Positions 9,738 through 19,596 of a stretch of 64,000 nucleotides of DNA are shown here, piece after piece (within the stretch, counting starts at the first letter, position 1; every line of letters starts with the position of its first letter). A model generated the notes under the pieces. The model did not search any database, was not told where the DNA came from, and was given only the letters and a program-made list of their open reading frames with translations. Source of the DNA: Bdellovibrionales bacterium (lineage in GTDB: Bacteria; Bdellovibrionota; FAC87; UBA2466); contig SHZA01000001.1 in the NCBI GenBank assembly GCA_009692515.1, positions 9,824-73,823 of the forward strand. The letters are read 5' to 3'. The position numbers were made by a program, and so were the translations under genes.

Positions 9738-12700
9738 ATGGCTATGATAAATGACATCAAAGATCTTCCTCTAGGTATTTCTGGTTTTACTTTTTCCGAT
9801 CTTTACAATCCATTGCGCCTTAAAGATCTCCATACAGAATTTTGGAGATACTGTGAAGAGACCGCCCCAGAAACGGTAAAAAGATTCAAAGCTCTAGATA
9901 CGAGCCCACCCAGCTATGCTGAAGAGGGCAATGCACTGATTGAAACGGCTAAATCGGTGGGTGAATTTATTGGCAAACTCTTTAATATTACTAGCCATAC
10001 CCAATTAGTAAAATCTGCAACTCAAGAACTACAGCCTACATTTAAATTCAAAAAAGATTTTTTAAATATTCGAGTCTTTAAAAGATTGAATGAAAGCCCC
10101 TGCTCTCAAGAAACGTGGAAAACCCTCGATACCTTAATCAAAAAGGTAATTGCACAAGCTCCACCGCAAAGCAATAAAGACGAGGAGATTATTTTTGCAG
10201 AAATTGTTCTCTTTCTATTAGATGCAGAGAAACAATTAAAGCTTGGCACCTTAGAAACCTCAGATCAAAACCGTATTCAAACTCTATGCATGTATTTTTC
10301 AGGTTCCAATCCCAGCGAAAAGGTAACTGCCGCACTCAGAGTTTTTGAGGATTGGTGTGTTCAAGTAGCCATTAGCCCGCAGCGAAGAAAGAAAATTTCT
10401 AATTGGGGATCCTATGTAAGAGCTCAAAAAATTGATTTCGAAAACTTAGTAGACACTATTAGTCCCAAGGATGCACTTCCAGAAATGAAGTATGGGCCAG
10501 AGGAACACTTACGTCATCGCCAAGGATTTAAACTTACCGACGCCAGAATGACTACCAAAGAATATTTGCGAGAGATAGATTACTGCATATTTTGTCACGA
10601 GCGAAAAAAAGATTCTTGCGCTAAAGGTTTCGAAGAAAAAGAGGGGGGCTACAAAAAAAACCCACTAGGAATTCCTTTGGCAGGCTGTCCCCTTGACGAG
10701 CGAATTTCAGAGATGCACGTTTTGCGACGAGAGGGTGAGCTGATCGGTGCTCTTTCTATGATCATGCTTGATAATCCTATGTGTCCTGGTACGGGACACC
10801 GGATCTGTAATGATTGCATGAAGGGATGTATTTTTCAAAAACAGGATCCCGTTAATATTCCCCAAACAGAAACCGGAACCTTAACCGATGTGCTTAATCT
10901 TCCATTCGGTTTTGAAATTTATAGTTTACTCACTCGATGGAATCCTATTAATCGAAAGCGTCCCTATGCCCTCCCCTATAACGGGAAAAATATTCTCGTT
11001 GTGGGCTTAGGACCTGCCGGCTATACCGCCGCTCATTACTTTGCCAATGAAGGATTTGGCGTAGTCGGAATTGATGCTTTAAAACTAGAACCGGTAGATC
11101 CCACTCTCACCGGGAAAGGAAGACCATTCCCCAAACCTCTACAGCAATTTTCAGAATTAAAAAAGGAATTAGACGAGAGATTTCTTATGGGGTTTGGAGG
11201 GGTTTCAGAATATGGAATCACTGTCCGATGGGATAAAAACTTTTTATCTGTAATTTACTTAACTCTTCTTCGTCGTCAAAACATTAGATTTTATGGTGGA
11301 GTTCGATTTGGTGGCACTCTAAATTTAGAAGATGCGTGGGAATTGGGCTTTCATCATGTGGCAATCGCTACGGGCGCTGGCAGACCTACGATTATCGACA
11401 TGAAAAATAATTTAATTCGAGGAATTAGAAAAGCATCAGATTTTTTGATGGCGCTACAACTCACAGGAGCCTTTAAGAAAGCCTCAATGGCGAATTTACA
11501 GGTCCGGTTGCCAGCCATTGTTATTGGAGGCGGCCTCACCGCTATCGATACGGCTACTGAACTACTTGCTTACTATCCACTGCAAGTAGAAAAGGCACTG
11601 GAGCGTTTCGAAACTCTATGTCGTCAGGGTGGCGAAGAGGTGACTTGGTCGATGTGCGATCCCGAGGAGAAGGAGATTTTAGCCACCTTTATCGAGCATG
11701 GAAAAGCGGTGCGAGAGGAACGAAGTAAAGCAACAAAAGAAAAGCGAGTACCCAATTTCATTACTCTTTGTCGAGAATGGGGCGGAGTCTCTATTGCTTA
11801 TCGTAAAAAGATATCAGATTCCCCAGCCTATCGTTTGAATCATGAGGAGGTTGAAAAAGCACTTGAGGAGGGCATCGGATTTATTGAAAACATGAGTCCA
11901 CTAGAAGCCCTCAAAGATAAGTTTGGTTCTGTTGACGCCTTAATTTTCAAACGAGGTAATGGTGAAACGGTTACCTTACCTGCGAAGTCGGTAATAGTAG
12001 CTGCAGGGACAAGTCCTAATACTATTTATGAAAGAGAGTTTCCTGGCACCTTTAAAATGGACGAGAAAAGAAACTTCTTTAAAAAGTATCAGGCCATTAA
12101 GAGTAAAACTGGTTGGTCACTAAAAGAATCTAAAGATGGCGAGAAAAACGGTTTCTTTTTATCCTACGAAAAAGAGGGGAAGTTCGTTTCCTTTTACGGC
12201 GATAATCATCCCGATTACGCAGGTAATGTCGTAAAAGCCATGGCCTCTGCCAAACATGGAACTGAGGTAGTGGCCAAACTTTTTAAAAATGATATTCTGC
12301 TAGCAGATAAAACCCCACAAGATCCTATAAAATTTAATCAACTAGTAAAACACCTAGATGAAACTTTAATTCCCAGAATCGTCAAAGTGATTCGTCTCAC
12401 CGATACGATCGTAGAGGTCATCGTTAAAGGTCATTATGCTGCGACACGATTTGAACCAGGTCAGTTTTATCGTTTTCAGAACTATGAAACTACAGCTCAC
12501 ACGATTGATGGTGCTCGACTGACTATGGAGGGCATTGCGCTTACCGGAGCTTGGGTCGATAAGGAAAAGGATCTTTTAAGTCTGATAGTTCTTGAGATGG
12601 GGGGCAGCTCTAAACTGTGCGCCATTTTAAAACCTGGCGAACCTGTGGTGGTAATGGGGCCTACAGGAGCTCCGAGTGAGATTCCTGAGAATGAAACTGT

Positions 12701-13343
12701 TCTTCTAGCTGGAGGCGGATTAGGAAATGCCGTTCTGTTAAGTATCTCTAGAGCCTTAAAGGCTAGAAACTGCAAAGTGCTCTACTTTGCGGGCTACAAA
12801 AATAGTTCCGATCTTTTTTATCAAACTGAAATTGAGCAGGCCACAGATCAAATGATTTGGGCAACGGATAGTGGCACTGCCATCAAAACTAATCGTCCTC
12901 AAGATCGTTCCTTTGTGGGTAATATTCTAAAGGCCATGGAGGCCTATGGCAAAGGTGAGTTAGGGGGAGCTCCTATGATTCCCCTAAATATGGTCGATAG
13001 AATATTTGCTATCGGTTCCGACAGAATGATGGCAGCTGTAGGCGCCGCAAGACATGGCGTTTTAAAACCCTACTTCAACGATAATCATATCGCTCTTGCC
13101 TCTGTGAACTCCTCTATGCAATGCATGATGAAGGAGGTTTGTGCTCAGTGCTTACAAAGGCACGTGGATCCTGTGACAGGTAAGGAGTCATTTGTATTTT
13201 CCTGTTATAATCAGGACCAAGAGATCGATAAAGTAGATTTCAAGAATCTTAATGAACGATTAAAAACGAATAGTTTACTTGAAAAGTTATCAAGTCGTTA
13301 TTTAGACCACTTATTAAAAAAAGGCTCAATTGAAAAGGTTTGA
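9738..13343 (+). CDS. multidomain Fe-S flavoprotein oxidoreductase: novel N-domain, GltD/NfnB-like module (2x[4Fe-4S]-type Cys motifs, FAD and NAD(P)H Rossmann folds), and C-terminal PyrK/NfnA-like FNR module with a [2Fe-2S] motif
   Basis: The Cys clusters are CIFCHERKKDSC...CPLDE and CPGTGHRICNDCMKGC. The dinucleotide folds are ILVVGLGPAGYTAAHYF and LPAIVIGGGLTAID. The C-terminal FNR-like region is ETVLLAGGGLGNAVLLSISRAL, and it ends with CMMKEVCAQC...C, matching the PyrK-family 2Fe-2S motif. Confidence 0.65.
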   Translation: MAMINDIKDLPLGISGFTFSDLYNPLRLKDLHTEFWRYCEETAPETVKRFKALDTSPPSYAEEGNALIETAKSVGEFIGKLFNITSHTQLVKSATQELQPTFKFKKDFLNIRVFKRLNESPCSQETWKTLDTLIKKVIAQAPPQSNKDEEIIFAEIVLFLLDAEKQLKLGTLETSDQNRIQTLCMYFSGSNPSEKVTAALRVFEDWCVQVAISPQRRKKISNWGSYVRAQKIDFENLVDTISPKDALPEMKYGPEEHLRHRQGFKLTDARMTTKEYLREIDYCIFCHERKKDSCAKGFEEKEGGYKKNPLGIPLAGCPLDERISEMHVLRREGELIGALSMIMLDNPMCPGTGHRICNDCMKGCIFQKQDPVNIPQTETGTLTDVLNLPFGFEIYSLLTRWNPINRKRPYALPYNGKNILVVGLGPAGYTAAHYFANEGFGVVGIDALKLEPVDPTLTGKGRPFPKPLQQFSELKKELDERFLMGFGGVSEYGITVRWDKNFLSVIYLTLLRRQNIRFYGGVRFGGTLNLEDAWELGFHHVAIATGAGRPTIIDMKNNLIRGIRKASDFLMALQLTGAFKKASMANLQVRLPAIVIGGGLTAIDTATELLAYYPLQVEKALERFETLCRQGGEEVTWSMCDPEEKEILATFIEHGKAVREERSKATKEKRVPNFITLCREWGGVSIAYRKKISDSPAYRLNHEEVEKALEEGIGFIENMSPLEALKDKFGSVDALIFKRGNGETVTLPAKSVIVAAGTSPNTIYEREFPGTFKMDEKRNFFKKYQAIKSKTGWSLKESKDGEKNGFFLSYEKEGKFVSFYGDNHPDYAGNVVKAMASAKHGTEVVAKLFKNDILLADKTPQDPIKFNQLVKHLDETLIPRIVKVIRLTDTIVEVIVKGHYAATRFEPGQFYRFQNYETTAHTIDGARLTMEGIALTGAWVDKEKDLLSLIVLEMGGSSKLCAILKPGEPVVVMGPTGAPSEIPENETVLLAGGGLGNAVLLSISRALKARNCKVLYFAGYKNSSDLFYQTEIEQATDQMIWATDSGTAIKTNRPQDRSFVGNILKAMEAYGKGELGGAPMIPLNMVDRIFAIGSDRMMAAVGAARHGVLKPYFNDNHIALASVNSSMQCMMKEVCAQCLQRHVDPVTGKESFVFSCYNQDQEIDKVDFKNLNERLKTNSLLEKLSSRYLDHLLKKGSIEKV

Positions 13344-13357
13344 TTAAATTGAGTGCG

Positions 13358-14014
13358 TTACTTTAATTTCGGCCAGGCCCATTCCATACAAAAACCGGCG
13401 TTATTATAGGCCACACAGACATCATAACAACCACAGGCTCTAATCACTCGACTGACCAGATGTTGACAGGTATTGACCAGACTATAAAGCCCGGTGATTT
13501 CTCCTAACTGAATTTTATCCTCTACACAATTGACATCGCAACCGGGTAAAGAATGGCACTTAGCCCTGTTATTTTCACCAAGTCCGGTATGATCCTGCCA
13601 TTGGGTCACAGGAGAAAACTTCACCTTCGTTCCCATTCCAGCCTCTTTATGAGGTGTTCTTATCCAAGCATGTTTTAAATCTAAACCATGTGAAGCCGCA
13701 TCAAGCCCTATTCCAAAAAAACCGGCAAACTCTTCATACCGTGTAGGGGCCGAACAGACCTCTACCGAGCTAAGATAAGGAAATAAAATCTCCTCATGAC
13801 ACATCCCTAAATCGGCTCTCAATAAACGCCTTAAAGTTAAAGGGAATCGAGGCACCGACTCACAACAAAAGATGGGATCTTTTTCACATCTTACCGACCT
13901 CATAAAAATTCTATTGCCCTTAAGAAAGGTGCAACAAGCGATTGGAGATGCAAAAAGGGAGGTGGTTTCAAGAACCACGATAAGAAGAGCCGGCCACAAA
14001 TACTTAAAGTTCAT
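13358..14014 (-). CDS. Cys-rich secreted hypothetical protein
   Basis: I took the signal peptide MNFKYLWPALLIVVLETTSLFASP as the start. The protein has about 18 Cys, including CC pairs. No family was recognised. It is convergent with the upstream oxidoreductase. Confidence 0.4.
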   Translation of the reverse strand: MNFKYLWPALLIVVLETTSLFASPIACCTFLKGNRIFMRSVRCEKDPIFCCESVPRFPLTLRRLLRADLGMCHEEILFPYLSSVEVCSAPTRYEEFAGFFGIGLDAASHGLDLKHAWIRTPHKEAGMGTKVKFSPVTQWQDHTGLGENNRAKCHSLPGCDVNCVEDKIQLGEITGLYSLVNTCQHLVSRVIRACGCYDVCVAYNNAGFCMEWAWPKLK

Positions 14015-14301
14015 AATTTTCTCAAACTGGAGATAACCGAAAACACAAATAAAGTCCATCTACAAACATAAATTCTTTACCCATTCTTTTATAAATTTTA
14101 GCGGCTAGATTTAACCCGATCGTCAAAAGTTTATACACAAAAGACCTATTAAATTTTAACTACTTGTCGGTTTTGAATAGGAAAAAAGGTTGGACCACTC
14201 ATTGCAAATTGTGGGCTGTAGGTAATAGGTGGCTTAATACGTTTTATAACCCAGTTTCATTTATAGACACAGAAACTTAACTCTAAACATCTCTACTTTT
14301 T

Positions 14302-17001
14302 ATGCTCAATCATTTTTCTAAATCAAACTGGCTTTTAACTCTCTCTTTTTTATTACTAGGATTTCAATCGGCTCGGGCAGAAAAAGGTTCCAAACTCAGA
14401 CCCTATCGGGCTCATAATTTCAAAAGCACAGAGAATTCTCTTTCGAGTCCTAACCCTTCTCAGACTTTAAATAATACCATTGAAAAACTTAAAAAACAGA
14501 TGACCTTATCTAGTGATGATCAATTAGTCCCTTCCAGAAATGGACTGAAAAAACCAGGGTTTCGGCATTCTAAAATGAATCAACACTACAAAAACATTCC
14601 TGTTTTTGGAGCTGAAGTTATTCTTAATGAAACTCTAAGTTCTAATAATGTCACAGCAAATATTATTAAAGGATTGGATAGGCTTGATATTAATACCGAC
14701 CCCAAGATCACCGCTAATGAAGCCTTTAGATTCGCCACCGATGATTACAACGATAATGAAGGGGCCATAATTCCAAGCACCTTAAAAACAGTAGTTCTTG
14801 AACTGCTTCCAAAGGACGATGGCGTGTCTTTGGTTTGGCACCTACTCATTTTAACAGAGGCTCATCAAGACAGTCATAGTAATACAAAGGGTCCAGGAAG
14901 ATGGCACTATTTTGTAAGTGCCGAAGATGGATCTGTGGATAAAAAGTTTAATGCTAATGATACTCTTTCACAGGCCAGTGGTCCTGGTGGAAATGCAATA
15001 TATACTCATAGCTGGGTTAACCAACTCGATGTTGAACCGATGGAAACCGGAAGTTCAACCTACAAAGCTAAAACAACTCGTTTGGCCACTTACGATATGG
15101 CAGGCTCCACAATTTCAGGAACTCTTGTAACAGGAATTCTTTCGTTATTTGGCACAGCAGCTAGCAACGAAGCGCATGGAAATGCCGAGATCACCTTGAA
15201 TATGTTATCGGAAATATTTGGATATAACTCTATAGACAATGCTGGATTTCCAATTAAAAGTTTTGTTAATTACGATTCCAATTACGCCAATGCCTTTTGG
15301 GACGGGGCTGAAATGGTCTATGGTGATGGAGGCACTACCTTTTATCCTCTTTCTGAAGCACTAGATGTCGTTTCTCACGAAATAAATCATGGTTTTACCG
15401 AACTACATTCTGCACTCACCTATGATGGCGAACCTGGAGGTATTAATGAATCTTTTTCCGACATCGCAGGAACTGCTGCAGAATTTTACTCCGATCCGTC
15501 CACTGCTAATTTTGATATCGCAGAACGTATTTTGAAAGCCTCAACGGGAAGGACCGCTTTGCGGTTTATGTGTAATCCCACAACCGATAATTTTTCAATT
15601 GATAACTTTGCTAATTACAAATCTACCACCGATGTTCATAGCTCTTCTGGCATTATGAATAAAGCTTTTTGCCGAACTGCAAAGAGATTCTCTAGCAACG
15701 GGAATCCAAATGGAAACGCAATTGGGGATTCGGTTTTACGAGTTGCGAAAATTTTTTACGAAGCCAATGATAACTATTGGCTATCAAGCTCAACTTTTCT
15801 ACAGGCCTGTGAAGGCACTCTTGATGCCGCCACGGCTCTTGGTTATTCATTAACTGAAATAGATTGGCTTAAGCAATCTTGGATCGATGTCGGTGTTGTT
15901 TGTACCTCTTCTTCCAATCTAAATGCCCCCACACTCCTAACCGCCACTCCACTTACTGGAACCTCCATTCGTCTTAACTGGGCAGATAATAGTACTAATG
16001 AAACCGGTTTTAAAATTGAAATGAAAATGGGCGCAGCAGCCTACTCCCTTTTGACGACGACAGCGGCCAATGCCGTCACCTACACCGCCACCGTAGCGGC
16101 TAATCAAACCTATTCCTTTCGTGTCATGGCCACCAACACTAATGGAGACTCTACCCTTTCAAATGAGGCCACTACCCAGACGTTAATCCCACAGGCCCCC
16201 ACACTCCTAACCGCCACCCCACTTACTGGAACCTCCATTCGTCTTAACTGGGCAGATAATAGTACTAATGAAACCGGTTTTAAAATTGAAATGAAAATGG
16301 GTGCAGCAGCCTACTCCCTTTTGACGACGACAGCGGCCAATGCCGTCACCTACACCGCCACCGTAGCGGCTAATCAAACCTATTCCTTTCGTGTCAGGGC
16401 CACCAACACTAATGGAGACTCTACCCTTTCAAATGAGGCCACTACCCAGACGTTAATCCCACAGGCCCCCTCAGTTCTAACCGCGACTAAACTTTCCGCA
16501 ACCTCTATTCGTTTGAATTGGAAAGATAATAGCTCTAATGAAACCGGTTTTAAAATTGAAATGAAAATGGGCGCAGCAGCCTACTCCCTTTTGACGACGA
16601 CAGCGGCCAATGCCGTCACCTACACCGCCACCGTAGCGGCTAATCAAACCTATTCCTTTCGTGTCAGGGCCACCAACGCTAATGGAGACTCTACCCTTTC
16701 AAATGAGGCCACTACCCAGACCTTAATCCCACAGGCCCCCACAGTTCTAACCGCGACTAAACTTTCCGCAACCTCTATTCGTTTGAATTGGAAAGATAAT
16801 AGCTCTAATGAAACCGGTTTTAAAATTGAACGTAAAATATTGGGCACACAGGCCTCTACTCAATTTGTTTTAGTGGGTTTCAATGTAACCACTATGACAA
16901 CAGTTCAAACAACTACAGTGCCCTATGTTTATCGAATTCGTTCTTTTAATAGTTTTGGAAATTCGAGCTACAGTAATGAGATCTCAACTACCTTAAAATA
17001 G
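14302..17001 (+). CDS. secreted M4 (thermolysin-family) zinc metalloprotease with C-terminal FN3-like repeat array
   Basis: It has a signal peptide. The HEXXH motif is VVSHEINHGF and the third zinc ligand is in GGINESFSDIAG (thermolysin ExxxD). The C-terminal 350 aa is four FN3-like modules of about 90 aa (SIRLNW...YSFRV...). Confidence 0.85.
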   Translation: MLNHFSKSNWLLTLSFLLLGFQSARAEKGSKLRPYRAHNFKSTENSLSSPNPSQTLNNTIEKLKKQMTLSSDDQLVPSRNGLKKPGFRHSKMNQHYKNIPVFGAEVILNETLSSNNVTANIIKGLDRLDINTDPKITANEAFRFATDDYNDNEGAIIPSTLKTVVLELLPKDDGVSLVWHLLILTEAHQDSHSNTKGPGRWHYFVSAEDGSVDKKFNANDTLSQASGPGGNAIYTHSWVNQLDVEPMETGSSTYKAKTTRLATYDMAGSTISGTLVTGILSLFGTAASNEAHGNAEITLNMLSEIFGYNSIDNAGFPIKSFVNYDSNYANAFWDGAEMVYGDGGTTFYPLSEALDVVSHEINHGFTELHSALTYDGEPGGINESFSDIAGTAAEFYSDPSTANFDIAERILKASTGRTALRFMCNPTTDNFSIDNFANYKSTTDVHSSSGIMNKAFCRTAKRFSSNGNPNGNAIGDSVLRVAKIFYEANDNYWLSSSTFLQACEGTLDAATALGYSLTEIDWLKQSWIDVGVVCTSSSNLNAPTLLTATPLTGTSIRLNWADNSTNETGFKIEMKMGAAAYSLLTTTAANAVTYTATVAANQTYSFRVMATNTNGDSTLSNEATTQTLIPQAPTLLTATPLTGTSIRLNWADNSTNETGFKIEMKMGAAAYSLLTTTAANAVTYTATVAANQTYSFRVRATNTNGDSTLSNEATTQTLIPQAPSVLTATKLSATSIRLNWKDNSSNETGFKIEMKMGAAAYSLLTTTAANAVTYTATVAANQTYSFRVRATNANGDSTLSNEATTQTLIPQAPTVLTATKLSATSIRLNWKDNSSNETGFKIERKILGTQASTQFVLVGFNVTTMTTVQTTTVPYVYRIRSFNSFGNSSYSNEISTTLK
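15921..16830. repeat. 270-bp tandem repeat, about 3.4 near-identical copies (units start at 15921, 16191, 16461 and 16731), encoding the FN3 modules of the protease
   Basis: Direct comparison of the sequence shows that acaggcccccaca[c/g]t[c/t]ctaaccgc recurs with an exact 270-bp period. Units 1 and 2 are nearly identical at the nucleotide level. Units 3 and 4 are nearly identical to each other. Confidence 0.85.
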
Positions 17002-17062
17002 ATCCCATTAGATTTGGATCATGTCCTGAAGCCTTAAAAGAATTCTGAATTTCTAGAAATAA

Positions 17063-17431
17063 TTATGGAGTTACCTCTATAAAAACCTTGCGGCATACCT
17101 TCCCAGGCCCATCTACAATATTCTGGCACCTTTGTAATTTTGGGCAGACATCACCCTTTTCTTTGCAAGGAATTTCGCATGAGGTAAACGGGGGAATACT
17201 GGGTCCCGCTATTCCATAATACTTTATGCAGCTGAGACCCTTATCACAAACACTCAAATGACAGGGTTCTCCTTGAAGACCCATTTTTTGTTTAAATTTA
17301 GAGCTTTCTACTTTGTTTTGTTTCGGTGAAGAGGAAGGCGCATCTATTTTTTTCTGAATTAAGATCTCCTCAGAAAAAACGATTCCAGAATTCAGCAATA
17401 TATAGATCAAAAAATAAAATCTGTAGGTCAC
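17063..17431 (-). CDS. small Cys-rich secreted protein
   Basis: It has a signal peptide (MTYRFYFLIYILLNSGIVFS). The C-terminal 60 aa has 10 Cys (CHLSVCDKGLSCIKYYG...CEIPCKEKGDVCPKLQRCQ). It lies 40 bp downstream of the amine oxidase gene on the same strand. Confidence 0.4.
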   Translation of the reverse strand: MTYRFYFLIYILLNSGIVFSEEILIQKKIDAPSSSPKQNKVESSKFKQKMGLQGEPCHLSVCDKGLSCIKYYGIAGPSIPPFTSCEIPCKEKGDVCPKLQRCQNIVDGPGKVCRKVFIEVTP

Positions 17432-17470
17432 CTTTGATTTCCTTTCAAAACAGAATCACCTTTATCTAAT

Positions 17471-19420
17471 CTAGGGTACATCAAGACTTGGATTTTTATT
17501 AAAAAACCCTCCGGGTAACAATTTGAACCCTAAATGAGCTACCGGCATAATCGGCCATTCTTCAGGCCTCGGCACATGAGTAATTCCTACCGTATACCAG
17601 GTCACAATATCTTCATTGTTAATACTTTCATTATTTGCAACCCACTGTTTCAATCCATTTCCCAATTTATTTTGATTGATAAAATCTCCTGAAGAATAAA
17701 TTTCTTCTGGATGATACTGCGTTGTCCAAAAATGATAGTCCATAAATCCGGCACGTTTTCTCACGCCAGATTCGGGTTGAGCGTAAGCGATTGTATTTTC
17801 CTCTGGTAGAACAATAAAGCCTGGATGATAACCGAGCGCCGTAGTGATATTAGGATTAATGATCTTCCATTTCCTGGCCTCCTCTAGACTCATCAAACGA
17901 CAAGAATCTTTTTCGGTTTCAAAGTTAACCTCCTCCATTTGAATCGCATTATTAAAGGGATTATTTTCCCCCTTTGGAGCACTTCGGGTATTTACCTCTA
18001 CTGTAGAGTTTTTAATTCCATCGACGTCAAAATCGAGTCGAAAACTAAAGAAATGTTGGTGATGGGGTGCCAGGACATTCGGCGCTACTAAATGCCCATA
18101 ATGGCCCTCAGTATGAGCAGAGGAATCATTAGCTGTTTTTAGGGCGACTCCCTTAGGTAACATGATACCTGTGAGATCCATCTCTTGCCGAATGCCACCG
18201 TCTTGCGAAAAAATCCACTTAAATGCGTAATCATAATTACCAATCGCAGCGACAAAGGAAATAACCAATTCTCGTCCCCATCTTGCTTCATTCTTATTTG
18301 AATAAATATCCCAATGTTTCCAAAGCAATCCGCTATCGCGTTCATAAAGAGCCACTACATTTTTAGACTCATAGGGCTTGCCAAAATCATCACTGAAAAC
18401 AGCACTAAGTAGCTCGGCATTATGAGGCGCATCTTTTCCCACCTGTAAAGGAGCTGCTAGTCTTCCAATGCCATACTCGCCCGCATCAAATGCATTTCTC
18501 CATGCCCAATTACTATCGGGATCCCCATAGGGAACTACCATTTCAGAAACTGAGGCTCGATATAAAATAGAACGTAATTTTCCTTTGTCTTCATAACCAA
18601 TGTCATAAAGAACCAACCCTTCTCTTGGGTGTAACGCCCAACGAAATCGCCATTTTTGCCAGGAAATTTCATTTCCATTTTTTTTAAAACTTGCACCTTT
18701 AGGCTGTGAAACAATAAGGGGCTTTAAATCTTTTCTAGTCGGTGCTTGTGTTACGACGTCAAATTGCTCAGATTTTTCAGCAATGGGAACCACTCCCGTA
18801 TCCACCACCTCAACCACCTTTTCTTGATTCATATCAACTAAAACGATCACCCCTTCTATGGGTCGACCATAAAAGTTCATGTCCTTTTCTTTTAAGTAGG
18901 AAATACCCCTGAGAAGTCTCTGCCCCCCATCAAAATTTTTATTAATCAAATGCCCTGCGGCCCAAGTATCTACCTGTACTTTGCTGAAATCGGTAATCCC
19001 TCTTTTTTTCATTGCCTCTTGCCATAAAATATCCTTTTTTACGATTAGGGAAACCTTGTCATATTCTTCAATCAGCACCATTGGCTGAACATTTTTTTCC
19101 TCCTGCCAAAACTTAAGATGATCTGTTTTTAGATCACAAATCGCTTTAAATGTTTTGTTTTTTTTCCGATCTAAAACCCAAATTAAAGATTCTCGAGTGA
19201 ATGACTTTCCTATTTTAAATGATTTTATTTCTTCTTTAGAAGGTTCGGAAAGCACGATCAGTGGAAACATGCCCGCAGATGGAAATTGTGCCGATTTTTT
19301 TACACAGTTAGCCGCCTGTGCAATCTCTTTTTTGCTTAAGGGATCTAAAGGGTGAGTGGCACCATATAAAGGCAATACTATAAAAAAACTTAGAACTATC
19401 GTTTGGCAAATTTTCATCAA
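17471..19420 (-). CDS. periplasmic copper-containing primary amine oxidase (topaquinone enzyme)
   Basis: It has a signal peptide. The TPQ consensus is T/IGNYDY (AAIGNYDYAFKW). The copper-ligand histidines lie in HHQHFFSFRLDFDVDG. At 649 aa it is typical of bacterial CuAO. Confidence 0.8.
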   Translation of the reverse strand: MMKICQTIVLSFFIVLPLYGATHPLDPLSKKEIAQAANCVKKSAQFPSAGMFPLIVLSEPSKEEIKSFKIGKSFTRESLIWVLDRKKNKTFKAICDLKTDHLKFWQEEKNVQPMVLIEEYDKVSLIVKKDILWQEAMKKRGITDFSKVQVDTWAAGHLINKNFDGGQRLLRGISYLKEKDMNFYGRPIEGVIVLVDMNQEKVVEVVDTGVVPIAEKSEQFDVVTQAPTRKDLKPLIVSQPKGASFKKNGNEISWQKWRFRWALHPREGLVLYDIGYEDKGKLRSILYRASVSEMVVPYGDPDSNWAWRNAFDAGEYGIGRLAAPLQVGKDAPHNAELLSAVFSDDFGKPYESKNVVALYERDSGLLWKHWDIYSNKNEARWGRELVISFVAAIGNYDYAFKWIFSQDGGIRQEMDLTGIMLPKGVALKTANDSSAHTEGHYGHLVAPNVLAPHHQHFFSFRLDFDVDGIKNSTVEVNTRSAPKGENNPFNNAIQMEEVNFETEKDSCRLMSLEEARKWKIINPNITTALGYHPGFIVLPEENTIAYAQPESGVRKRAGFMDYHFWTTQYHPEEIYSSGDFINQNKLGNGLKQWVANNESINNEDIVTWYTVGITHVPRPEEWPIMPVAHLGFKLLPGGFFNKNPSLDVP

Positions 19421-19596
19421 GACCCTTTTCTTAGAGAATGATAAGAAAACTACAGATTCTAATTTGATTTTTCAAATACAGAATATTGATTTTTAGTTAA
19501 TGCGTAGCAACATACGCTATAATATCTAAACTTCCTTTACCAACCTCTTTTCGAATGTTGAAATAATTATAACTTTAAAAAGATAAAGGCTAGCCA

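Noticed and set aside
1410-13000. Numerous antisense ORFs of 60 to 120 aa inside the large genes (for example 1410..1604, 3153..3392, 6195..6446, 8140..8382, 11036..11221, 12497..12775)
   Set aside because: Each is fully embedded antisense in a well-supported CDS. None has a recognisable domain. I treat them as chance ORFs.
15921-16830. Possible CRISPR array suggested by regularly spaced direct repeats
   Set aside because: The repeat unit is 270 bp with no unique spacers. It is entirely inside a continuous ORF encoding FN3 modules. It is a coding tandem duplication, not a CRISPR array.
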